Part shown: positions 28,112-38,520 of the stretch, in pieces | Layout of the letters: each line of letters starts with the position of its first letter | Position numbering within the stretch: position 1 is the stretch's first letter | From: an uncultured bacterium | GTDB lineage: Bacteria > Acidobacteriota > Thermoanaerobaculia > Multivoradales > JAHZIX01 | Assembly: GCA_965368975.1 (NCBI GenBank) | Contig: CBDUPA010000002.1 | Coordinates: 64,001 to 128,000 of the forward strand | DNA: 64,000 nt | Direction of reading: 5' to 3' | Position numbers and translations under genes: made by a program | Notes under the pieces: model-generated | The model's input: the letters and a program-made list of their open reading frames with translations, nothing else | Told to the model about the DNA's origin: nothing | Databases searched by the model: none

Positions 28112-31100
28112 GTGAGTGCAGCAACGAACCCTCCCACAGCGTACCCTTCGCGGCCCGCGCGGACGGTGCTGCATCTGTGCCCTGGACCGAGGGCCGCGGA
28201 GAGCGCGCTGCTGCGCGACCTCGATGCGCTGCTCAGACCCGATGGCGAGGCCGGCGATCTCGAGCGTCGACTGCAGGACTTGCGCCGGCCGGTGCACGTG
28301 CTGGTGCCGTCGCGGCACCTACGCCACCACATCGTGACGCGGCTCGTCGCGGGACGTGCTGGAGCAGGCTGTACTGGAAGGCCAGGCAGAGCCGTGGCAG
28401 GCGTCGCGGTGCATACGCTGCGTGGCCTGGCACTCGAAGTGCTGGGACGCGCTGGCGAACCGGGACTCTACGGCGCTGAGCTGTTCGATCTGTGGACACA
28501 GCGCGTGGCGCGGCGGCTGCCGGCGTTGAAAGCGTCGCTGGGCGGGCTGGTGGACGGCTACAGCTCGGTGCCGGGGACGGTGCGTGACCTGCTGGAGGCC
28601 GGCTTCGAGCCCGTGCACTTGCCGGCGGCGACGGAGGCGCTGCGCGCGGAAGTGGACGAGGGCCGGGCGGCGCGGGCGGCAGTCGAGCGGGGTGTCGCGT
28701 TGCTGCAGGTGGCAGCCTTGGTGAGCCAGGAGCTAGAGCGCGAAGGTCTGTGCACCGACTGGACCCTACTGCGACGGGCGAGCCAGCTGCTGGAAGAAGC
28801 CGCGAAGACTGAGACGGTGGAGCACTGGTTGCCTTGCCGTGCAGTGCTGATCACAGGCTTTGCCGACGCGACCGGCGTCGCGCTGGACTGGATGGAGACG
28901 TTGCTGCGCTGCTACGGCGGTCGTGTCTACCTGGAACAGCCACCGGATCCGGGCCGGCCGGCGGTTGCCAAGGCGCAAGACGGCGAGCAGTTGGCGCTCT
29001 TCGGTACGCCGGACGGGACGCCGCCACCTGAGGACCAACCCACTACCAGCCACGAGACCGCCTTTTCGGCCCGCCTGGCGGAACGCTGGTCCAGCGTACT
29101 GGACGCGGTGGAGCAGGAAGACGACGTCTGGCAGCAGGACGGCGCGCGGCAGGAGGAGTGCAGTGCGCCGCGCCAGGCATCTGCTCTACTGGCATCTGCG
29201 TTACAGGAACCTGCGCTACAGGCAATCGTGGCCCCCGGGCCGGAAGCCGAAGTTGCGGAGGTGGTGCGCCGGGTGCGCAGCTGCCTGGAGGGGTCGGTGT
29301 CGAGCGAGCCGGTGAGGCCGGAACGGGTGGCAGTGGTGGTGCGCGACCTCACCCCCTACGGCCGCTTGCTCGCGCGTCACCTGCACCGTCTGGGCGTGCC
29401 GTTCTCAGCCGGTCCGTCGACCACGCACAGCGCCGGCAGCCGGACGCCCGCCGGACGTCTCGCACGCGGGCTGCTCGAGCTGCTGACGCGTGGCGAGCTG
29501 CTGGCGGTGGATCGCTGGCTGGAGCTGCAGCACGGGCTCGACGAAGCCCACAAGGGACGCTTGCGGCGGGCGCTGTTCGGCCTCGGAATGGTGCGACTGC
29601 GCGACTTGCGACGGGAGCAAGAAGAGGAACTCGACGAGCTGGGCGTCGACGAGACCCCGGTGAGCGGTGAGGGTGTCGAGCTACTGCCCTGGCTGGAGCG
29701 AGGCCGTGCCGTACTGGACGCTCTCGAAGACTGGCCGGCAGCGGCCCCCCTGGGCTACCACCTCGACCTCCTGCTGCGACTGTTGCGCCAGCTGCGCTGG
29801 CCCGCGCAGGAAGCGGCTTCCGGAGAGGCGGCGGCGGTGCTGATGCAGTCGCTGCTGGAGGCGCGCGAGCAGCTACCCTTGGCGGTGCCCGTCGTGCGTG
29901 AGGAGCTGCGGGCACTGCTCAGCGGCTGGTGGGAACCCTTGAGCCGCGCCGACTTGGCGGAAGGGACCGGGGTACAAGCAGCGAGCTGGGGCGGGGGGGT
30001 GCAGGTGCTGAGTGTCATGGAGGCGCGGTCGCTGACCTTCGAGCGCCTGTTCGTGCTCGGCCTCGGCGCACACCAGTTCCCGCGTCGGGTACGCGAGGAC
30101 CCGCTGCTGCCCGATTCCTTGCGGCTGGCGCTGACGCGAGTCCTGCCAGACCTGGCGGTCAAGCGTCGCGGTTTCGAGGAGGAGCGTCACCTGTTCGCGC
30201 AGCTGCTGGCATCCGCCCCGGAAGTGACGCTGAGCTGGGCATCAATGGACGAGGACGGACGCGCACTCCCGATCTCACCGCTGGTCGAGCGCCTGCGCTA
30301 CCGGCCGGCAGGTGCCCCCCTGATTCCACAAGTGGCCCGACCGTTGGCACCCGGAGGGCTGCAGGGCTCGACCCCAACCTCGGCTTCGATGGCGACCTCA
30401 CCGCTTTGGGATCATCTCCTGGCTGCTGGTACGAGCGGCCGGCGCAACGACTTCCAGCGCCTGCTGGTGCCGGCGTGGCGGGAGGGACTGGAGCTGTATC
30501 CGCCGCGCGGTAACGGCCTGAGAGCCGCGCTCGAAGATGCGGCCGCGGGTCCCACCACAGCCTGGTTGCAGACGCTGGCCGAAATGGCCCCGGATCGCTC
30601 GATACCGCAGGGTCGATGGGGACCGTTCCTCGGCTTGACGGGCTCCGGCACCGATGGCGATCGACGGATACATGTGACCACGCTCGAGCAGCTGGCGGCC
30701 TGCCCATGGCAGACGTTCGTGCAACGAGTGCTGCGCGTCGAGCCCCCCCACGATCCACTGCAGCGCCTGCCTGCTTTGACACCACCGATGGTGGGTCGCG
30801 CGGTGCATGCCGCGCTGGAGCAGTTGGCGGCACGCATCACGCCGCCAGCGAGCCGGCGCGAGAACCACTTGGCAGCCGTACGACAGCGGCCGGGCTGGGA
30901 CTGGACGTGGCCGGAGGGGGCGGAGCTCGACGCCCTGCTCGAGACGGCCGCCACCGAAACGCTGGCGGACAGCGGCATCCGTTCCGCCGGTCTGGCGCGT
31001 GCGCTAGCCGCGCGGGCGCGGCCCTTCGTCGACGAGGCGCGCAAGCTGGACGCACGACTGTCTCCACCAAGGGTACAGGCCCAGAGGGCTCAGATCCTGG

Positions 31101-31738
31101 GAGCGGAGGTCTCGGGACGATTCTTCCTGAATCCGGCGCCAGATCGGAACGCACGAGCAGGAAGTACCCAGCTCCACTTCCAGGCTGACCGGGTCGATCG
31201 CCTACCGGGCGGGGCCTTGCGCCTCACCGACTACAAGACTGGCAAACCACCGGACCTAGGCGACGGTCGCGGCGCGCACCACCAGGCGTTGCTCAAAGCT
31301 GTGCGCCGAGGCCGGCAGCTGCAGGCCGCCGTCTATGCGCTTGCTGCCTCGACGCCTGAGCAGCCAGCCGAGGGCCGCTACGTGTACCTACGTCCTGCCG
31401 ATCCCCCGGAGACGGGAGGTGACTCCGAGCAGCACGCAACCAGCCGGCAGCTGTCGACGGCGGGCATCGAACCGCAGCTCCAGGCCGAACTTCCGCCCAC
31501 CCTGCATCGGCTGCTGCGCCTGTGGCAAGCGGGCGTGTTCTTCCCGCGCCTAGTCGAGCCCCGCGAAGACCGCGAGCCCCGGCGCTGCGCCAGCTGCGCG
31601 GTCGCCGAGGCCTGCGTGCGCGGGGACTCCGGCACCCGCCGCCGCCTGCTCCGGGCCGTCGAGCAGGCGCGCGACGCGGGCCGGAGGCCGGAGTGGCTGG
31701 ACGCGCTCTTGGAGGTCTGGGACCTGCCGGTGCGCTGA
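28112..31738 (+). CDS. AddB/RexB-like protein: degenerate helicase scaffold plus PD-(D/E)XK nuclease with Fe-S staple
   Basis: VQVLSVMEARSLTFERLFVLGL, EERHLF, LAACPWQ, GRAVHAALE, ADRVD, DYKTG, QLQAAVY, CASCAVAEAC. Confidence 0.85.
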   Translation: MSAATNPPTAYPSRPARTVLHLCPGPRAAESALLRDLDALLRPDGEAGDLERRLQDLRRPVHVLVPSRHLRHHIVTRLVAGRAGAGCTGRPGRAVAGVAVHTLRGLALEVLGRAGEPGLYGAELFDLWTQRVARRLPALKASLGGLVDGYSSVPGTVRDLLEAGFEPVHLPAATEALRAEVDEGRAARAAVERGVALLQVAALVSQELEREGLCTDWTLLRRASQLLEEAAKTETVEHWLPCRAVLITGFADATGVALDWMETLLRCYGGRVYLEQPPDPGRPAVAKAQDGEQLALFGTPDGTPPPEDQPTTSHETAFSARLAERWSSVLDAVEQEDDVWQQDGARQEECSAPRQASALLASALQEPALQAIVAPGPEAEVAEVVRRVRSCLEGSVSSEPVRPERVAVVVRDLTPYGRLLARHLHRLGVPFSAGPSTTHSAGSRTPAGRLARGLLELLTRGELLAVDRWLELQHGLDEAHKGRLRRALFGLGMVRLRDLRREQEEELDELGVDETPVSGEGVELLPWLERGRAVLDALEDWPAAAPLGYHLDLLLRLLRQLRWPAQEAASGEAAAVLMQSLLEAREQLPLAVPVVREELRALLSGWWEPLSRADLAEGTGVQAASWGGGVQVLSVMEARSLTFERLFVLGLGAHQFPRRVREDPLLPDSLRLALTRVLPDLAVKRRGFEEERHLFAQLLASAPEVTLSWASMDEDGRALPISPLVERLRYRPAGAPLIPQVARPLAPGGLQGSTPTSASMATSPLWDHLLAAGTSGRRNDFQRLLVPAWREGLELYPPRGNGLRAALEDAAAGPTTAWLQTLAEMAPDRSIPQGRWGPFLGLTGSGTDGDRRIHVTTLEQLAACPWQTFVQRVLRVEPPHDPLQRLPALTPPMVGRAVHAALEQLAARITPPASRRENHLAAVRQRPGWDWTWPEGAELDALLETAATETLADSGIRSAGLARALAARARPFVDEARKLDARLSPPRVQAQRAQILGAEVSGRFFLNPAPDRNARAGSTQLHFQADRVDRLPGGALRLTDYKTGKPPDLGDGRGAHHQALLKAVRRGRQLQAAVYALAASTPEQPAEGRYVYLRPADPPETGGDSEQHATSRQLSTAGIEPQLQAELPPTLHRLLRLWQAGVFFPRLVEPREDREPRRCASCAVAEACVRGDSGTRRRLLRAVEQARDAGRRPEWLDALLEVWDLPVR

Positions 31739-31767
31739 GAGAGCCGGACACCGTGGCCTTTCCAACC

Positions 31768-31870
31768 CTCTGTGTAGGAGCAAGCTCATGTGCCTGCCCT
31801 GGGCGGGGGGCGGGAATTCCGGATGCGCGCGCGGCGCAGGGCGGCCACATGGGGCCGCCCCTACACAGAG
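31768..31870. repeat. GTAG-type REP doublet (REPIN-like)
   Basis: CTCTGTGTAGGAGCAAGCTCATGTGCCTGCCCT ... AGGGCGGCCACATGGGGCCGCCCCTACACAGAG; same family as 21569..21647. Confidence 0.75.
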
Positions 31871-31887
31871 CGCACAGCGGCACTTCC

Positions 31888-32358
31888 TCAGAGTTCTAGA
31901 CCGGATACCTCGCGCAACATCCGCTCGGCGTGGCCCTTGGCCTTGACGTTGTAGAACACCTTGCGCACCGTGCCATCGATGTCGACGATCAGCGTGCTGC
32001 GCAGGATGCCCTCGTAGACCTTGCCGTAGTTCTTCTTCTCACCGTAGGCACCGATCTGCTTCAAGTACTCGGCGTCGGCATCGGTGAGCAGGGGAAAGTT
32101 CAGGTCTTCCTTCTCGATGAAGTTGCAGTGGCTGGCCGCCGAGTCGCGGGACAGTCCAGCGATGTGGTACCCGTGGGCTTCGAATTCCTCCAGGCGATCG
32201 CGGAAGTCCGTTGCCTCGACGGTGCAGCCAGGGGTGTTGTCCTTGGGATAGATATAGAGCACCACGCCGCGGTCGCCGGACAGGTCGCGCAGGGTGCGCG
32301 TGTCGCCGTTTTCGTCGGGTAGCGACAGCTTGGGTAGTTGGCTTCCTTCTTCGAGCAT
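31888..32358 (-). CDS. bcp: Peroxiredoxin BCP/PrxQ
   Basis: YIYPKDNTPGCTVEA...GLSRD...SHCNF...FPLLTD...GILRST. Confidence 0.92.
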   Translation of the reverse strand: MLEEGSQLPKLSLPDENGDTRTLRDLSGDRGVVLYIYPKDNTPGCTVEATDFRDRLEEFEAHGYHIAGLSRDSAASHCNFIEKEDLNFPLLTDADAEYLKQIGAYGEKKNYGKVYEGILRSTLIVDIDGTVRKVFYNVKAKGHAERMLREVSGLEL

Positions 32359-32639
32359 GATTCGGTTCCCTTCCTAGGAATCGTGATGGCTTGGAGTGGT
32401 GAGGTTGTGGCAGGAGTTCCGCGGGGTGAGTATCCGTACGAGTAGCAGTGGCGCCCGCGGATGACCTGCCTGTCATCTTCCCGAAGTGCCGAGGCGAAAG
32501 TCAAGGAAATAGCTCCGACGGTTGACGGGCGGCGTACTTTTGCCCCATCCTCTTATGGCTTCGGCAGGTGCTCCGCACCCGCGACTCATTTTCACCACGC
32601 CTCCGCGCAGGCACCCATTGGATAGGGAAGCCCACTTTC

Positions 32640-35315
32640 ATGTCATCTCTCGTCATTGTCGAATCTCCCGCCAAGGCCAAGACCATCGGCCGCATTCTCG
32701 GGCCCCAGTACACCGTCGAGGCCAGCTATGGACACGTGCGCGATCTGCCGGAGAGAGCCGACCAGATTCCGAAGCGGGTCAAGAAAGAGCCGTGGGCACG
32801 GCTGGGCGTCAATGTGCAGAACGACTTCGAGCCCCTGTACATCGTGCCGTCGGACAAGAAGAAGTACCTCGACCGCCTCAAGGAAGCCATGGAAGGCGTC
32901 GACGAAGTCCTGCTCGCGACCGATGAAGACCGCGAAGGTGAGAGCATCAGCTGGCACGTGATCAACGTGCTGAAACCAAAGGTGCCAGTGCGCCGCATTG
33001 CCTTTCATGAGATTACCGACGAGGCGATCCGGGAGGCGCTGTCGAATCCGCGCGCCATCGACGAGAACCTGGTGCGGGCGCAGGAGAGTCGGCGTATCCT
33101 CGACCGGCTTTTCGGCTACCAACTGTCTCCGGTGCTGTGGAAGAAGGTGCGTACCGGCCTGTCCGCCGGCCGCGTGCAGAGTGTCTGTGTCCGGCTGTGC
33201 GTGGAGCGCGAGCGCGAGCGCCAGCGTTTCCACTCCGCCCGCTTCTGGGACGCTGAGGCGACCTTCCAGGAGAAAGGCGTCCACTTCACGGCTCGCCTGA
33301 ATCGTCTCGGTGACCAGAAGGTCGCTTCCGGTGCCGACTTCGATGCCGCGACCGGCGAGCTGCAGAAGAGCAGCAAAGCCCGCTGGCTGCGCACCGAAGA
33401 AGACGTGCAGGAGCGCCTGCAGGCGTGGCGCCGTCCGTGGCAGGTGACCAGCGTCACCGAGAAACCGTTCACCCGCCGCCCCGCTCCGCCCTTCATCACC
33501 GCCACCCTGCAGCAAGAAGCCAACCGCAAGCTGGGCTTCGCAGCCCGCCAGACGATGCGCGTGGCGCAGCGGCTGTACGAGGGCGTCGACATGGGCGGCG
33601 AACGCGTCGGTCTCATCACCTACATGCGTACCGATTCGGTGACCCTGTCCAACAAGGCCTTGGGCGACGCACAGTCGTTGATCCGCCAGCAGTACGGCGA
33701 CGACTACACCAACGGTCCGCGCGCCTACTCGACCAAGAGCAAGGGAGCGCAGGAGGCACACGAGGCGATCCGACCAACCGAGATCGCCCGCACGCCCGAG
33801 AAGGTGAGCCGCTACCTGCAGCGCGACGAGCAGCGCCTGTACGAACTGATCTGGAAGCGCACCGTGGCCAGCCAGATGACCGACGCCAAGTTGCGTCGCA
33901 CCGCGATCGAGATCACCGCCAGTGATCCGGCAGGCGGCCCCGCGGGCATCTTCACTGCCAACGGCAAGAGCGTCGAGTTCCCGGGCTTCCTGCGTGCCTA
34001 CGTCGAAGGCTCGGACGATCCGGAAGCGGACCTGGCCGATCGCGAAGTCCTGTTGCCGAACCTGCGTCAGGGCGACGCATGCGATCCGAACAAGGCCGAG
34101 GCACGCAGCCACGAGACGCAGCCGCCAGCGCGTTACACCGAAGCCAGCCTGGTCAAGAAGCTCGAGGCCGAGGGCATCGGCCGGCCGTCCACCTACGCCA
34201 CGATCATCGACACGATCCAGAATCGCGGCTACATCGACAAGCAGGGCAACGCCCTGGTGCCGACCTTCACCGCCTTCGCCGTCACCGACCTGCTGGAGCA
34301 ACACTTCGCCGACTACGTCGATCTGGGCTTCACTGCACGCATGGAGCAGCAGTTGGACGAGATCGCGACCGGCGAGCTGGACTGGAAGGCACACCTGCAC
34401 CAGTTCTACTTTGGTGAGGCCGAAGAACCGGGTCTGGAGCGACGCATTCAGACCGCCGAGCCCAACATCGACTACCCGCAAATCGAAATCGGTATGCACC
34501 CCGAGAACCAAAGCGCGGTCGTGGCCAAGGTGGGCCGCTATGGGCCGTACCTGCAGTGGGAGAAAGCGGAAGGCGAACGCATCTCGGCGTCCTTGCCGGA
34601 CGGCCTCGCCCCTGCCGACCTGACGCTGGACGAAGCCGTCACGATGCTGCAGGCGGCACAGGAAGGCGCGCGCGAGCTGGGCACGGATCCCGAGACCGAC
34701 CTGATCGTCTACCTGGATCGCGGCCGCTTTGGACCGTACGTCCAACTGGGTGAAACGCCCGAGGACAAGAAGGCGCCCAAGCCCAAGCGGGCCTCGGTGC
34801 CCAAGGGCCTGGATGTCGGTCGCGTGACGCTCGAAGCCGCGCTCAAGTGGCTCTCCCTGCCGCGCACGCTGGGGCAACATCCGGAGAACGGTGAGGACGT
34901 CGTCGCGGCTTCGGGCCGCTTCGGACCCTTCATCAAGTGCGACAAGGAAACCCGCTCACTGACCGCCGACGACGACGTCTACAACGTCACCCTCGAGCGC
35001 GCCCTGGAATTGCTCGCACAGCCCAAACGCCGTGGTCGTGCCGCCACGCGCACCGTGCTCAAGGAGTTCGGCGAGGACAAGGACGGCAACAAGGTACAGC
35101 TGCTCGACGGCCGCTACGGCCCCTACCTCACCAACGGCGAACTCAACGCATCGCTGCCGCAAGGCACGAGCGCGGACAGCTTGACGCCCGAGTCTGCTGC
35201 TGAACTGCTCGCCACCCGGGGCAAGGCTCCCAAGCGCGGACGCAAGCACACCACGACCAAGGCGGCGGGGGCGAAGAAGAAGACAACGCGCAAGAAGACG
35301 CCTGCGAAGAAATAG
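32640..35315 (+). CDS. topA: DNA topoisomerase I with C-terminal Topo_C repeats and Lys-rich tail
   Basis: LVIVESPAKAKTI, ATDEDREGESI, SAGRVQS, ITYMRTDS, QEAHEAIRPT, GIGRPSTY; four GR(Y/F)GP(Y/F) repeats instead of zinc ribbons. Confidence 0.97.
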   Translation: MSSLVIVESPAKAKTIGRILGPQYTVEASYGHVRDLPERADQIPKRVKKEPWARLGVNVQNDFEPLYIVPSDKKKYLDRLKEAMEGVDEVLLATDEDREGESISWHVINVLKPKVPVRRIAFHEITDEAIREALSNPRAIDENLVRAQESRRILDRLFGYQLSPVLWKKVRTGLSAGRVQSVCVRLCVERERERQRFHSARFWDAEATFQEKGVHFTARLNRLGDQKVASGADFDAATGELQKSSKARWLRTEEDVQERLQAWRRPWQVTSVTEKPFTRRPAPPFITATLQQEANRKLGFAARQTMRVAQRLYEGVDMGGERVGLITYMRTDSVTLSNKALGDAQSLIRQQYGDDYTNGPRAYSTKSKGAQEAHEAIRPTEIARTPEKVSRYLQRDEQRLYELIWKRTVASQMTDAKLRRTAIEITASDPAGGPAGIFTANGKSVEFPGFLRAYVEGSDDPEADLADREVLLPNLRQGDACDPNKAEARSHETQPPARYTEASLVKKLEAEGIGRPSTYATIIDTIQNRGYIDKQGNALVPTFTAFAVTDLLEQHFADYVDLGFTARMEQQLDEIATGELDWKAHLHQFYFGEAEEPGLERRIQTAEPNIDYPQIEIGMHPENQSAVVAKVGRYGPYLQWEKAEGERISASLPDGLAPADLTLDEAVTMLQAAQEGARELGTDPETDLIVYLDRGRFGPYVQLGETPEDKKAPKPKRASVPKGLDVGRVTLEAALKWLSLPRTLGQHPENGEDVVAASGRFGPFIKCDKETRSLTADDDVYNVTLERALELLAQPKRRGRAATRTVLKEFGEDKDGNKVQLLDGRYGPYLTNGELNASLPQGTSADSLTPESAAELLATRGKAPKRGRKHTTTKAAGAKKKTTRKKTPAKK

Positions 35316-35403
35316 TCGTCAAGAAGAAGCAGCCAAGAAGGTAGTAGGAGGGGCGCTATACTGGAAGGGTCGGTCACCGACACTCCAGGTAAGGAGGGAT
35401 GCC

Positions 35404-36105
35404 GTGAGTTCCCAAGGCGCCTCGCAAACAGGGATCCGTCGAGTTCTGCGTTCGCACCACGACGCGCGCAGAGCCTACGATCGCTTGAGCCGTTGGTACG
35501 ACTGGCTCGAAGGCAAGTGGGAGGAGACGCCGCGCCACCTGGGTGTCGAGATGCTGGGCCTCGGTGCGGGTGAGCACGTGCTCGAAGTCGGCTTCGGCAC
35601 CGGTCATGGCCTGGTCGAACTCGCCGGCTTGGTAGGCCACAGTGGCCGTGTCTACGGTCTGGACCTGTCCCTGGGCATGGCCCGCGAAACGCGTCGACGC
35701 CTACGTAAGCAGGGTGTCGACAACGTGCAGCTGCTCAGCGGCGACACTCTGCACGTACCGCTCAGCGACGGCACCATGGACGCCGTCTTCCTCAGCTTCA
35801 CCCTCGAATTGCTCGACACCCCGGAAATCCCACTCGCCCTCGCCGAGTTCCGCCGCGTCCTACGTCGCGGCGGCGCTGACAAGCAGCCGGGACGGGTAGG
35901 GATCGTGGCCCTGTCGAAGGAAGGCAAGCCGAGCCTGCCGACACGCCTCTACGAGTGGGGCCACGATCACTTCCCGAGCGCCCTCGACTGTCGCCCCATC
36001 TACGCCCGCCGGGCCCTGGAAGAGGCCGGCTTCGAGATCGACGCGTTCGAGATGACCGCGATCGGGAACCTCAAAGCCGAAGTCGTCGTGGGTTCGAGCC
36101 TCTAG
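35404..36105 (+). CDS. Class I SAM-dependent methyltransferase (UbiE-like)
   Basis: VLEVGFGTG, GLDLS, GD...DAVFLSFTLEL; TAAGGAGG RBS. Confidence 0.88.
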   Translation: MSSQGASQTGIRRVLRSHHDARRAYDRLSRWYDWLEGKWEETPRHLGVEMLGLGAGEHVLEVGFGTGHGLVELAGLVGHSGRVYGLDLSLGMARETRRRLRKQGVDNVQLLSGDTLHVPLSDGTMDAVFLSFTLELLDTPEIPLALAEFRRVLRRGGADKQPGRVGIVALSKEGKPSLPTRLYEWGHDHFPSALDCRPIYARRALEEAGFEIDAFEMTAIGNLKAEVVVGSSL

Positions 36106-38270
36106 AACGTAACCGCGACGCCGCCATGGGCTTCGAAGCCGGGTGCAGGCAGCACCGACGTGTTGCCGAAGCCGCGAGTGAAGTACTCCTCGTCGGTCAG
36201 GTTACGCAGGTTCACCTGCAGCTCCCACGGGCCGAAGTCGTACGCCAGGCTGGCGTCCAGCAGGACGTAGTCGTCCAGCTCGAAACCGTTGTCCTCGTCG
36301 ATGAACTGCTCACCGACGTAGCGCACACCACCGGCCAGCGTGAAGCCACCATCGAAGCGCTGGCTCACCCACAGGTTCAGCAGGTGCTCAGGCGTGAAGG
36401 CCGGCGTGTTGCCGGTGTAGTCGGCGACGAAGAACTGCGGCGGCTGGACCGGCAGGAAGACGATCTCGGCGAAGTTGGTCAGCTCGGCGTCGGTGTAGGC
36501 GTAGGCCAGCGACGCGCGCAGACCGGGCGCCAGCTCACCACCGATCTCGAACTCCAAGCCCTCGGCACGCTGGTCGCCGTTCTGGCGCGTGATGCCGAAA
36601 GCGTCCGGGATCGCGATATTCAGCCGGTCGACGCGGAAGGCGGCGAGTGACATCTGGACACGGCCGTCGAGCAGCTCAGCCTTGACCCCGGCCTCGATCT
36701 GTTCGCTCTCCTCCGGCTCCAGGTTGGCCGCGATACCGAAGGTCGACGGCGGCGCGAAAGCTTCGCTGTAGTTGGCGTACAACGACACCGCCTCCGACGG
36801 CGAGACGACGACACCAATCATCGGGCTGACCTCGTCGTAGTTCTTGGCGAAACGCTGCGCGTCGTCCTGGAAGTCGAGGTTGTCCCAGCGCGCGCCGAGC
36901 AACAACTGGAAGTGCTCCGAGAAGGTGATCTGATCGACGATGTAGGGCGCAATCACGTCCTGCTTGGCATCGGCACCGAGCGCCTGGCCGGGAATGGGGA
37001 ACAGCGGCTGTTGCGCCGTCTCGAACGGCGTGTTCAGGTCGAGTGGCGGCAGGTTGAAGACGTTGAAGGTGAACTCGTCGGTCAGGCGCGAGATCTCGAC
37101 GCCGAGCAGCAGGTTGTGCGTCACCGAGCCGGTCTCCAGGCGCCACAGGCCTTCGAGCTGGTTGCCATACAAGGTCTGGTCGTCGTCCAGGCTGAGCAGG
37201 CTGCGGAACAGTAGCTGCTGGCTGAACACCGGGAAGACCCCGTTGAAGATCGTGCCGCGGGACTCCCAGTCGAGGCTGCGGTACCAGGTCTTGTTGCGCA
37301 GAGTGAAGGTGTCCGAGACGTCGCTCTGGATGTCGATCTGGACACGGTCTAGCTGCTGGTCCGAGATATCGAACGGCGACTGGTAGCTGCGCGTGCGCGG
37401 CACGTCGGCGATCTGCTGTGGGCCGCCGAACGGGTTGGCACTGAACACCGGCAGGCCAGCGTCGGTCTTGTACTCGCTGTCGACGGTCTCCAGGTTGACG
37501 GTCACGGAAGTTCGCTCGCTGGGACGCCAGGTGAAGGACGGGTTGATGGCGAAGATCTCACTATCCTTGTCGTCGCGGTAGCCGTCGGAGCTGCGGAACA
37601 AGCCGTTGAGACGGAAGCTGAAGTCGCCGTCGTCGTTGACGAAGTTGGTGTCCAGGGTACCTTCGTAGGTGCCGAAGCTGCCGCCGCGCAGGCTCAGGCG
37701 AGTGAAGTCCCCCCCGGCGAGAGGTTGCTTGCGTACCAGATTCACCGTGCCACCGAGTGGGCTGCCGCCGTAGAGAAACGCGGACGGCCCCTTGAGCACC
37801 TCGACACGTTCAACGTTGTAGAGCTGGTAGAAGGTGGTCTCCGGCTCGGGCGCGCCATCGGTGAGGATCAAGCCACTCGACACCGAGTCGAGACCGCGCA
37901 CGACGAAGAAGTCCGAGACACCGTTGACGCTTTGCACGTTGACGCCGCTGACATTGCGCAGCGCGTCCCCCATCACCTGAGCGTCTTGTTGCTCGAGCAA
38001 CTCGGCGTCCACCACGCTGACGCTGGCAGGCGTTTCCCGCAGCGACAGCGGCAACTTGGCCGCTACGGTGTTGGAACTCGGGATGTCCGGCGGGCTGCCC
38101 TGCACGAACACTTCGTCTTCGATCACGGTCTTCGGACGCTCGTCGTCGTCCTGAGCCCAGGCCGGTACGGTCAAGGCGGAAAGCAGGAGCAGGGCGGCCA
38201 AGAACATTCGAGCGGCTGCCGAGACTTGGCGGCCAACCCACCGGCGGTAGGACTGGAGTGGGGAGTTCAC
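36102..38270 (-). CDS. TonB-dependent outer-membrane receptor (siderophore-type)
   Basis: Signal peptide; plug ETPASVSVV...DALRNVSG...VERVEVLKGPSAFLYG...GGTVN; NLRNLTDEEY; terminal Phe; GAGGAG RBS before GTG. Confidence 0.93.
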   Translation of the reverse strand: MNSPLQSYRRWVGRQVSAAARMFLAALLLLSALTVPAWAQDDDERPKTVIEDEVFVQGSPPDIPSSNTVAAKLPLSLRETPASVSVVDAELLEQQDAQVMGDALRNVSGVNVQSVNGVSDFFVVRGLDSVSSGLILTDGAPEPETTFYQLYNVERVEVLKGPSAFLYGGSPLGGTVNLVRKQPLAGGDFTRLSLRGGSFGTYEGTLDTNFVNDDGDFSFRLNGLFRSSDGYRDDKDSEIFAINPSFTWRPSERTSVTVNLETVDSEYKTDAGLPVFSANPFGGPQQIADVPRTRSYQSPFDISDQQLDRVQIDIQSDVSDTFTLRNKTWYRSLDWESRGTIFNGVFPVFSQQLLFRSLLSLDDDQTLYGNQLEGLWRLETGSVTHNLLLGVEISRLTDEFTFNVFNLPPLDLNTPFETAQQPLFPIPGQALGADAKQDVIAPYIVDQITFSEHFQLLLGARWDNLDFQDDAQRFAKNYDEVSPMIGVVVSPSEAVSLYANYSEAFAPPSTFGIAANLEPEESEQIEAGVKAELLDGRVQMSLAAFRVDRLNIAIPDAFGITRQNGDQRAEGLEFEIGGELAPGLRASLAYAYTDAELTNFAEIVFLPVQPPQFFVADYTGNTPAFTPEHLLNLWVSQRFDGGFTLAGGVRYVGEQFIDEDNGFELDDYVLLDASLAYDFGPWELQVNLRNLTDEEYFTRGFGNTSVLPAPGFEAHGGVAVTF

Positions 38271-38520
38271 GGGAGGGTCTCCTCGAAGGGGTTGAGCCGG
38301 CACGGCGAGCAGGGGCCGTGCGGCGTGACTGGAAAGGGAAGGTGCCAGGCCGTGATGCCTGAGCGCCTTCGAATTCTGTCATGGATGAGGACGGTCCGGC
38401 CACGGCGCGAAGCCACCGACGCAGGGCGTCCGTACCTTGGTACGGTAGCTCGGCGGAAAGAGTTGCCTGTCCGCCAGAGCCGCCCATCTGGGAGCATCCT
38501 TGAGAACCTATCGGAGGACA

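Noticed and set aside
30660-31738. Cas4-like nuclease suggesting a CRISPR system
   Set aside because: The domain is fused to an AddB-type scaffold; no cas genes or repeat-spacer array in the window.
32643-34880. 745-aa antisense ORF within topA (also 2713..3744, 14321..15190, 39796..40668 and similar)
   Set aside because: Shadow frames expected from high-GC codon bias; no motifs or RBS.
38271-38520. Cobalamin riboswitch or Fur box upstream of the TonB receptor
   Set aside because: No B12-box core (AGGGAA, GCCACTG) on the coding strand and no AT-rich Fur-like palindrome.
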